Assembly (NCBI GenBank): GCA_964577535.1
Contig: CAZNZO010000006.1
Span: forward strand, 24,550-88,549
Direction: 5' to 3'
DNA length: 64,000 nucleotides
DNA from: an uncultured Oscillospiraceae bacterium
Lineage (GTDB): Bacteria > Bacillota > Clostridia > Christensenellales > CAG-314
Shown: positions 57,539 through 64,000 of the stretch, piece by piece
Numbering within the stretch: position 1 is the first letter of the stretch
Layout of the letters: each line of letters opens with the position of its first letter
Position numbers and translations under genes: made by a program
Notes under the pieces: model-generated
Told to the model about the DNA's origin: nothing
The model's input: only the letters and a program-made list of their open reading frames with translations
Databases searched by the model: none

Positions 57539-57718
57539 TTTTTTGACTGTTGCGCCGGGCAAAAACTTTTGACGTGAAAATTTTGCCGATTGAAATGCGG
57601 CAAACTTGCGCAAAAGCAAGTTGAAAGTGCAAGAGGGAAGGTCAAACGGCAAAATTGGCGCTGAAAATTTGACGACAGACACAATTGGCCGGGGAATGAA
57701 AATTTGCCACGAAACCAC

Positions 57719-57846
57719 TTTTGTGTTGCAAGCGGTGGCACTAAAAATTTGTTGGAACCGCCAATCCCGACACTCAAAACATATTAGAGTTACCAGTTTT
57801 GACACTAAAAATATGTTAGTGCCACTAGTTTTGACACTAAAAATAT
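57719..57846 (-). repeat. four abutting 32-nt tandem repeats with progressive decay
   Basis: Minus strand units: ATATTTTTAGTGTCAAAACTAGTGGCACTAAC (57846..57815), ATATTTTTAGTGTCAAAACTGGTAACTCTAAT (57814..57783), ATGTTTTGAGTGTCGGGATTGGCGGTTCCAAC (57782..57751), AAATTTTTAGTGCCACCGCTTGCAACACAAAA (57750..57719). Confidence 0.8.
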
Positions 57847-57847
57847 T

Positions 57848-57997
57848 TCAAAATAAAAATAGTTTTCTAAACATTTTACCTATGTTAGACTTTATCTTAC
57901 CATAGATTACCTGTCGGCTGTATTTAGATGCAAACACTATATGGTACATGCAATTCCATTCTGTATGTGATAAACTATTTGTATCTATCATTAACAT
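57848..57997 (-). pseudogene. tnpA: truncated IS200/IS605-family tnpA (first ~45 codons only)
   Basis: MLMIDTNSLSHTEWNCMYHIVFASKYSRQVIYGKIKSNIGKMFRKL matches the conserved Y1-transposase N-terminus (SLxHTxWNCKYHIVFxPKYRRxxxYG). The frame then stops and the HUH and Tyr regions are absent. Confidence 0.8.
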
Positions 57998-58000
57998 TTT

Positions 58001-58136
58001 CTCCTTTGGTGGTTTAGTTTGTTGCGGTTGGCGAACCACTAACATTATACATCACCAAAGGAGGATACGTAAATACGCACAGGTAAACCCTTTTGGAACC
58101 ACCGCTTCAAGCGGTGGTTTTCGTTTTATAAAAAAA
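58001..58136 (-). mobile_element. IS200-type left-end remnant with SD-occluding stem and terminal hairpin
   Basis: CTCCTTTGGTGG (58001..58012) pairs with CACCAAAGGAGG (58053..58064) and sequesters the tnpA AAGGAG. Hairpin AACCACCGC-TTCAA-GCGGTGGTT (58097..58119) is followed by TTCGTTTTATAAAAAAA. Confidence 0.55.
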
Positions 58137-58159
58137 CGCAGAAAGCAAAACTTTCTGCG
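58130..58159 (-). terminator. rho-independent terminator of the TSCPD gene
   Basis: Minus strand CGCAGAAAG-TTTTG-CTTTCTGCG followed by TTTTTTT. Confidence 0.8.
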
Positions 58160-58194
58160 AAAAATTGTTTTTTGTTTGCCAATGCGTGGCAAAA

Positions 58195-58443
58195 TTATTG
58201 AGCGTTTTGAAGATATTGTTCCAAAGCGATGGCAAGTTGATCGGGGCAGGAAGTGGATTTGGGACCACACTTGATGCCTTTTAGCCTTCTGATGGCTTCT
58301 TCCACAGCCATGCCTTCCACCAAAGCCGCTACGCCTTGCGTGTTGCCGTGGCAACCACCCAAATATTGCACGTTGCACACTTTGCCGTCGATAACTTCGA
58401 AATTGATTTCTCTTGAACAAACTCCCTTTGTTACGTATTTCAT
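58195..58443 (-). CDS. TSCPD-domain protein (TIGR03905-like, 82 aa)
   Basis: GGCHGNTQGVAALVEG and KSTSCPDQLA signatures. Confidence 0.8.
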   Translation of the reverse strand: MKYVTKGVCSREINFEVIDGKVCNVQYLGGCHGNTQGVAALVEGMAVEEAIRRLKGIKCGPKSTSCPDQLAIALEQYLQNAQ

Positions 58444-58489
58444 ATTGCACCTCTTGTTTCTTTTGTGTTTGCGCCCGGATGGGTGTTGA

Positions 58490-58831
58490 CTAATCTTGAT
58501 AGCTTGTTACGTTGGCGCCGTTATCCCACAGCTTATCCAAAGCGTAGACGTCGCGAACGTCCTTGTGGAAAACGTGAACAATAACGTCTTCGTAGTCGAT
58601 GGCGATCCAACGGCCTTCACGGAAGCCTTCCTTATGAGCGGCAAACAAACCGTTCTTTTCTAAAGTTTCTTCCAAGTGCTCGTAGATGGCCTTAACTTGC
58701 GGCGCGCTTTTGCCCGAACAAACCACAAAATAGTCGGCAACGTTGCTTACGCCCTTAACTTCAATTATTTTGATATCCGCCGCCAACTTTTCGGACAGCG
58801 TTTTGCAAATGAGTTGTACTTTTTCGTTCAT
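58490..58831 (-). CDS. rsfS: ribosome silencing factor RsfS
   Basis: 113 aa. DYFVVCSGKSAPQVKAI and WIAIDYEDVIVHVF motifs. Confidence 0.88.
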   Translation of the reverse strand: MNEKVQLICKTLSEKLAADIKIIEVKGVSNVADYFVVCSGKSAPQVKAIYEHLEETLEKNGLFAAHKEGFREGRWIAIDYEDVIVHVFHKDVRDVYALDKLWDNGANVTSYQD

Positions 58832-58873
58832 GTGTGATTCTCCGTTGTGAAAATGTGTTTAGTATATTTTACG

Positions 58874-59980
58874 CTAGTTTGCGCGATTTGGAAAGTAAAA
58901 TTGCAAAGTTTGTTCCGTAAGAAGAAAAACGTTTTCGCCGTGATGAGAAAGTGTGTAGCTGTTGGCTTCTTCCAAACAGGCCAAAAACTGTTCGTCCAAC
59001 GTGCCTTTTGTTAAATGTTGCAACGGATATGGCCGTGTTTGTTCGGTTTTGTCGGCTACGTATACGATTTTTTGCAACCGTGTCATGTTTGGGCATCCCG
59101 TTGTGTGATATGCAATTGCATCCAAAATTGCTTGGTCGGTTATGCCAAAATCTTGCCTGGCCACAAGTGCGCCCAAGAATGAATGCACCACCGGCTGTGG
59201 CACGTTGGGCATATCAAAACCATAGTTTGCGTGGCTGGATGGGCTTACGTACTTGGCGCAATCGTGCAACAAACAAGCAACAAACACTTGGTGTTTTTCC
59301 TGCTCGGTGGCAAGTTCCAGCCCACGCTTGACAACGTAGAACGTGTGTTGCAAACGCTTTGGCGTTAGGTAGTTTTTAAGTTTTTCGGCAAGGGGACGAT
59401 ATTGCGCATACAAGCCGTTTTGCAAAACGAAACTATCCACTGCTTGTTCCACGAAAGCCGAGTTATCAAAGCCAAACTGGTAGCGCAAGCGAATTTCCGT
59501 GGAGCTGACGTCGTTGGGAACTACGTCCAAAAAGGTTACTTTTGCGCCAGTGGCGTTGCAAATACGCTCCACTTCACTATCGGTTGTTTTTTGACTGCGA
59601 TATGCCACTGCAAGGGTTGCTAGCCGGGCAATTTGTTCGGGGCAATGCCATTTTTCGAAATTTTGAAAACTGTCGCCGCCGATTATGAGGAAAAACTGCG
59701 CCGTGGGGTTGACCTGTGTTAGGTCTTGCAATGTATCCACCGTGAAACTTTTGCCCTGGCGCACAATTTCGCAATCGGAAACTTCGGCAAAAGAGCCGAA
59801 AGCAAGGCGCGTTAGTTGCATGCGCGTGGCAGAATCCACTTCGCAAGGCTTGTGCGGCGGAATTCCGCATGGAACGACAATTAGCCTATCCAACTGCAAC
59901 TGTTTTTTTGCTTGCAAAGCAATTTGCAAGTGCGTTTTGTGCGGCGGATTGAAGGTACCGCCGAAAATTCCAATCTTCAT
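58874..59980 (-). CDS. nadD: fused nicotinate-nucleotide adenylyltransferase NadD / YqeK HD-domain hydrolase
   Basis: Start at MKIGIFGGTFNPPHKTHL (NadD). The C-terminal half has HTFYVVKRG...LLHDCAKY (YqeK-type HD domain). Single ORF. Confidence 0.85.
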   Translation of the reverse strand: MKIGIFGGTFNPPHKTHLQIALQAKKQLQLDRLIVVPCGIPPHKPCEVDSATRMQLTRLAFGSFAEVSDCEIVRQGKSFTVDTLQDLTQVNPTAQFFLIIGGDSFQNFEKWHCPEQIARLATLAVAYRSQKTTDSEVERICNATGAKVTFLDVVPNDVSSTEIRLRYQFGFDNSAFVEQAVDSFVLQNGLYAQYRPLAEKLKNYLTPKRLQHTFYVVKRGLELATEQEKHQVFVACLLHDCAKYVSPSSHANYGFDMPNVPQPVVHSFLGALVARQDFGITDQAILDAIAYHTTGCPNMTRLQKIVYVADKTEQTRPYPLQHLTKGTLDEQFLACLEEANSYTLSHHGENVFLLTEQTLQFYFPNRAN

Positions 59981-59986
59981 ACCGTT

Positions 59987-60015
59987 ATTGTACATTATTC
60001 GACGCAAATTTTCAA
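59987..60015 (-). promoter_or_regulatory. sigma-A type promoter placed for a leaderless transcript
   Basis: TTGAAA (60015..60010), 17-nt spacer, TACAAT (59992..59987), then AACGGT, then ATG 59980. Confidence 0.55.
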
Positions 60016-60048
60016 TTAAAATACAAAAAAAGTGTAAACAATTGCACT

Positions 60049-60828
60049 ATGGCTAGGATATTGAACGTTTTTTTGTGCACAATTATGACTTTTTTGCTGG
60101 CATTTGCCTGGGTGACGTACTGTTTGAAAAACACAAAAATTGCTTTGCTGCTTTCCGCAATCATGACAATTTGCTTTTGCTACCTGTTTTGGGTGCTTTC
60201 CAAGCAGACGGAACGCAAGCGCAACGCCCAAAATGCACGCAAAAAAACGTTGCAAAATTTCTTTTTGTTTTTGAAATTTAACGAAAACAACGCCAATACC
60301 TTTGCTTCGGCACTGCAATTCTACGGCTACGCAGTGCAATCGAAGGATTTTGACAACGTTTTGATTCAAAAGGAGGGCAAAACACTTGTTTCTTTTTGTT
60401 TTGAAACAGAAAAATTAAGTGAAGAATGCATGCGCCGTGCGGTGATTCTGGCCAAACGAGAAAAGTGCGAAAAGTTGCTTATTTTGGGCAACAGGGCGGA
60501 AAATGCACTTTTGAAAATAGCCTCCCTACACATTCCCACACGCTTTGTAGACCTTGAAAACTGCTACCGTTTGCTGGAACGAGCGGAAACATTGCCAAGT
60601 TTCCCCTCTGTGAAGAAAACCCAGCGCAAAATTGTTGCCGCAGTTGCATTCAACAAAAAACGATTCGGCTGGTACTTGGGCGGAGCAGTTTTCACGTTGG
60701 CAACGGCCGCCGTTTCCCTGTTGAAAATATATTTGCTGGTGTGGGCTTCGGCGCTTTTTGTGCTTGCAGCATACAGCTTGCTTAACAAAAAATATAATGC
60801 AACGCCCACCGACGTTACGCTAGACTAG
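60049..60828 (+). CDS. hypothetical membrane protein (2+2 TM helices around a cytoplasmic domain)
   Basis: 259 aa. No family recognised and no SD upstream of the ATG. Confidence 0.5.
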   Translation: MARILNVFLCTIMTFLLAFAWVTYCLKNTKIALLLSAIMTICFCYLFWVLSKQTERKRNAQNARKKTLQNFFLFLKFNENNANTFASALQFYGYAVQSKDFDNVLIQKEGKTLVSFCFETEKLSEECMRRAVILAKREKCEKLLILGNRAENALLKIASLHIPTRFVDLENCYRLLERAETLPSFPSVKKTQRKIVAAVAFNKKRFGWYLGGAVFTLATAAVSLLKIYLLVWASALFVLAAYSLLNKKYNATPTDVTLD

Positions 60829-61664
60829 GTTTTTAGCTTGTCTAGCGGAGTATCCGGATTGTTTTGTATGACGGCTTTTTCCAATTGGGCATAGTTATAG
60901 CGCTTTTTTAGCGCAAAATGTTCGTCCACCACTTCCAAACAAAAGGCATAGTTGCCCTGCATGCGGCGAACTACGTCGGATAAGGGGCAATTTTCGTTGA
61001 ATACCAAAGTTTTCTTTTCCATTCCTCTTTTTCTTAGCACATTTCTGTTTTGAACAAAGGGCGCGCGAACGTAGCAACCACCGCTTTGCGCAAAAACACC
61101 GGCAAACAGGCCAATGGCAAACAATCCCACCGAAAACAATTTGTTTGGCGTATGTAGCGAAAAAACAAACAGCAAAAATGCCGCAAGCGACAGCACAACC
61201 GTGATTATTTTTGTGGTTTTTAGGGCGTTTATGCGCTTTCTTTCCAAAATGCCCGTCAAAATTCGCCCACCGTCCAGCGGATAGCAAGGCAACACATTTA
61301 CGGCGGCCATACTTAGGTTGGCGGCAAAAAATTCGTCGGTGAAATAGTAGAATTCCGGCAACACCCACCAGGCTGCCAAACAAAACAAGCACAAAACCAA
61401 ATTGCACGCAGGGCCGGCTACGGCAATTTTTATGCGATCGAACCCTACAACGTCGCCAAAATCGCCATATAGCACTGCGCCAAAAATGCCAATTTGAATT
61501 TCCGTGCAACGGTAGCGTAGTTTTTTTGCCACAACGTAGTGCGCAACTTCGTGCAACACCATGGCCAAAGAATACAAGGTGGCGAAGTATCCACGCTTGA
61601 ACACTGTCGCCACCGCTATGAACAATATGAAACTTGGTTTTAGTTTGAATTTTAGACGTTCCAC
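60825..61664 (-). CDS. spoIVFB: site-2 metalloprotease SpoIVFB-like (M50)
   Basis: HEVAH (HExxH) and NVLPCYPLDGGRIL (NxxPxxxLDG). The start is uncertain: I take GTG 61664, which overlaps the spoIVFA-like stop by 13 nt. Upstream track codons are antisense-frame noise inside spoIVFA. Confidence 0.7.
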   Translation of the reverse strand: MERLKFKLKPSFILFIAVATVFKRGYFATLYSLAMVLHEVAHYVVAKKLRYRCTEIQIGIFGAVLYGDFGDVVGFDRIKIAVAGPACNLVLCLFCLAAWWVLPEFYYFTDEFFAANLSMAAVNVLPCYPLDGGRILTGILERKRINALKTTKIITVVLSLAAFLLFVFSLHTPNKLFSVGLFAIGLFAGVFAQSGGCYVRAPFVQNRNVLRKRGMEKKTLVFNENCPLSDVVRRMQGNYAFCLEVVDEHFALKKRYNYAQLEKAVIQNNPDTPLDKLKT

Positions 61665-62248
61665 GATAGTTCGGACGGACTGCCGACAACTTGTTTTACA
61701 ACCTCTCCGTTGCGCAAAATGGATGCGACGAATTTGCCGTCGTACTTGCCAAGCAAATCGCTGGCGGATACCGTTTGAGACTGTTGCACAAACACCGTTG
61801 TTAGCCCAGAATACACCAAACAAGTGTTTTCGTCTATGCTTATGGTGACGGAGCCATCTTCCACCTTCGTTACAGTGCCATCGGTTAGCGACAACGCCGC
61901 GCGGCCGCCACTGAAGGTCATAACGCCGTCGGTTACGTCTTCCAAGGTTAGGTTGCAAGGCACGTTTATTTTGTTGCCTTGATCCGTTTGCCCGAACAAT
62001 GCCGTTGTGGCTGTTTTTACTGCGGCAAAAACTTCCTTGCGAAAATCACCATCAACAAACAAAGTTGCCGCAAGCGTTGCAACGCACAACACAGCTATTA
62101 TAGCCACTTTCCAGCCCTTTTTTAGTGCGCGTTTGGGCTTTGCCGATTTGCTTTTGGCATTTATATACTTGCGCTCGGTGTAGGAAACGTCCAACCAATC
62201 GCTTTCTTCCGCATCGCAAGTTACACCGTTTATTTCTTCGTATTGCAT
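61652..62248 (-). CDS. spoIVFA: SpoIVFA-like membrane protein (degenerate M23/LytM C-domain)
   Basis: 198 aa. One TM helix. C-terminal LVYSGLTTVFVQQSQTVSASDLLG is LytM-like. Sits between the min genes and spoIVFB, as in Bacillus. Confidence 0.55.
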   Translation of the reverse strand: MQYEEINGVTCDAEESDWLDVSYTERKYINAKSKSAKPKRALKKGWKVAIIAVLCVATLAATLFVDGDFRKEVFAAVKTATTALFGQTDQGNKINVPCNLTLEDVTDGVMTFSGGRAALSLTDGTVTKVEDGSVTISIDENTCLVYSGLTTVFVQQSQTVSASDLLGKYDGKFVASILRNGEVVKQVVGSPSELSWNV

Positions 62249-62302
62249 TTTGCACCTCCGTGTTGTTCAAAATACATTATTCGTTTTTGGGCATCGTTAT
62301 GC

Positions 62303-62515
62303 CTACAAACAGCGGGAATTTTTTACGTTGTTGACGTTTACGCAAATTATCACGTTACATTTTTCGCCACCAACGATTTCCACCGTTAGGCCGTCAAACT
62401 GAAAACGGTTGCTTAAAAAATTTGTTAGTTCCTTGCAAAAAAGTTGCTTATCCATGGGAAAAATATCCCGCAAAACCAGGTTTTTAGCGCGAATATAGTT
62501 GTTTTTTTGTTTCAA
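62303..62515 (-). CDS. minE: divergent MinE-like protein (tentative)
   Basis: 70 aa, immediately after minD. IRAKNLVLRD...ELTNFLSNRFQFDGLTVEIVGGEKCNVIICVNV loosely follows the MinE pattern AKERLxxxL..ILxVIxKYVxI. It lacks the usual N-terminal amphipathic tag. Confidence 0.4.
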   Translation of the reverse strand: MKQKNNYIRAKNLVLRDIFPMDKQLFCKELTNFLSNRFQFDGLTVEIVGGEKCNVIICVNVNNVKNSRCL

Positions 62516-62517
62516 TT

Positions 62518-63276
62518 TTATGCATTCCTTTTAAGTTTTCGTTTCAAGCGGCCCAAAAATCCTTTATATTGCGAAACACAATCGTACATTTCGCACGAAC
62601 CGGTGATAAGATTTTTTGCCAAAACGTCGAATGGGCGAAAAACTCCGTCACGCAAGTTGCAACCAACGTCGTCGTTATCCGGCACCACACCCAGCGGCGT
62701 CCTGCTTAGTATGCTGAAAACTTCAAATGCATCCAGCGCTTCGCCGGACAAGACCAAATCACCCCGAACACGATTCACCACAACGTAGACGGCGTGTTCG
62801 TTCAGCTGCGAGATGGTTTTGTTTGCATCGCGAACACACGCAACACTGGGCGTGGTTACCACAATTGCTTCGCTGGCGCAACTTATGGCACGGCGAAAGC
62901 CAACGTCGATGCCGGCAGGACAATCCACCAAAATATAATCGAAACTATCTGCAAGTTTGTTTAGCACTTTGTTTGCCATATCCACCGTTATTTGACGCTT
63001 GGCCGAATGGCAACTGGGCATAACGTAGAGGGTGGGTTCGTAGTCGTCTTGAATTAGCGCTTGCGACGGGCGACAGCGATTTTCGCAGACGTCAACAAAA
63101 TCGTAGACGACTTTGTTTTCCACCGACATGGCCACATCCAAATTGTTAAGTCCCAAGTCAAAATCCACCAGCAACACCCTTTGGCCGCGATGCGCCAAAG
63201 CAATGCCCAAATTGGCGCAAACGGTGGTTTTGCCCACTCCGCCCTTGCCACTTGTTACAACTATTTTGCGAGACAT
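62518..63276 (-). CDS. minD: septum site-determining ATPase MinD
   Basis: Start at MSRKIVVTSGKGGVGKTT (deviant Walker A). C-terminal amphipathic KGFLGRLKRKLKR. Confidence 0.88.
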   Translation of the reverse strand: MSRKIVVTSGKGGVGKTTVCANLGIALAHRGQRVLLVDFDLGLNNLDVAMSVENKVVYDFVDVCENRCRPSQALIQDDYEPTLYVMPSCHSAKRQITVDMANKVLNKLADSFDYILVDCPAGIDVGFRRAISCASEAIVVTTPSVACVRDANKTISQLNEHAVYVVVNRVRGDLVLSGEALDAFEVFSILSRTPLGVVPDNDDVGCNLRDGVFRPFDVLAKNLITGSCEMYDCVSQYKGFLGRLKRKLKRNA

Positions 63277-63604
63277 GTTTTTTACCCCCTGTGTAAGCAG
63301 TATTTTAGCACCGCTTTGCGCTTGTTCGGCGCATTCGACAAAACTTTTAGTGGCTTTTTGAAAGGAAAAAAGTGGCATTTTGCCGCAAAAGTGCGAACGT
63401 GATTTTGTGCGCAAAACCGTTCGCGAAAGAAAAAACATTGCAATTTGCGCCACAGAAAAGAAAATTTGCCGAAAAAAGGCGCAAAGTTTACTTTGAATTT
63501 ACACAAATATATATAATATTCAATTATATGGTAGAAGTTTGACTATTTCTAGGTAGACATAGTTAACATCTATAAACAAAAACGAAATTGCAACGGAGAA
63601 AAAC

Positions 63605-64000
63605 ATGAAAGTCAAAGTGATTTGCGGAATATTAGCACTTTTGATGATTACGATTGGCGTGGCTAGCATTATTAACAGCACGCCAGACGTTTACGACGGG
63701 GACAATCCATTTATTGAAGACCCCAGCATTAAGTTGCCCGAAGGTGTGACGGTGGAAGACCTTGTTAACACCTTTTTGGAAAAACCTAGCGGGGCAACAC
63801 CTGATTCCATCGACCCCAAGCAGGCGCTATACGTTTGTGCGGGCGAGTTGGACCGTGCAGGTGGGTTCCGTGCCACGTCGGAAGGCGCCAGCAAATCGGC
63901 AGGAATATCTCAAGGGGTATTTTCGGAGCGCACGATTGTTGGCAAAAACGTGTTTAAACAAGCAATAAGTTTGGGAGTGATGAAGTTTGCCGAGCAACTT
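63605..64000 (+). CDS. hypothetical exported/membrane-anchored protein, N-terminal 132 codons (runs off window end)
   Basis: Hand translation from ATG 63605 (GGAGAA SD) gives MKVKVICGILALLMITIGVASIINSTPDVYDGDNPFIEDPSIKLPEGVTVEDL... and stays open to 64000. Not in the track because no stop lies in the window. Confidence 0.55.
   Translation, partial: MKVKVICGILALLMITIGVASIINSTPDVYDGDNPFIEDPSIKLPEGVTVEDLVNTFLEKPSGATPDSIDPKQALYVCAGELDRAGGFRATSEGASKSAGISQGVFSERTIVGKNVFKQAISLGVMKFAEQL

Noticed and set aside
57719-57846. CRISPR array
   Set aside because: The 32-nt units abut one another with no spacers, they decay progressively, and there are no cas genes in the window.
1-64000. Alternative genetic code or stop-codon reassignment
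   Set aside because: All conserved genes (glnS, dnaB, dnaX, rpoD, dnaG, ntpA/ntpB and others) are full-length and uninterrupted under the standard code.

Overview
This is a 64 kb chromosomal segment from an endospore-forming Firmicute, probably Clostridia-like, since sigK, sigH, spoIVFA/spoIVFB and cwlD are all present. I call about 70 protein genes, roughly 90% of them on the minus strand, and most are housekeeping. They include alaS (partial, at the window start), glnS, dnaB, dnaX-ybaB-recR, a fused ispDF, a sigH-rlmB-mrnC block, dnaG-rpoD-trmK, a nine-gene V-type ATPase operon, rpiB, tsaC/sua5, a fused nadD-yqeK with rsfS, and minD-minE-spoIVFA-spoIVFB. The rest are transporters (split ChrA, YfcC-like, MATE, DMT), pepT, ppa and several conserved proteins of unknown function. 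There is one tRNA-Val(CAC). I found no rRNA, CRISPR array, intact mobile element or recognisable defence island. I did not find a convincing new multi-gene system. The most unusual signals are mostly non-coding: (1) an array of six different short hairpins joined by a constant 8-nt linker next to tRNA-Val; (2) a dense DnaA-box cluster far from any dnaA; (3) a recurrent promoter-N6-ATG layout that implies leaderless mRNAs; (4) a promoter-leader-terminator unit in front of a DMT transporter; (5) a strand-biased octamer enriched in unusually long intergenic spacers; (6) IS200-type remnants with a decaying 32-nt tandem repeat. Accessory coding content includes a lipoprotein barnase/barstar pair, a GGGtGRT/NifU-like pair, a Cys-rich mini-protein and a ferritin-like protein with a coupled 43-codon ORF. 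All coordinates come from hand reading anchored on the ORF track, and no database search was possible.
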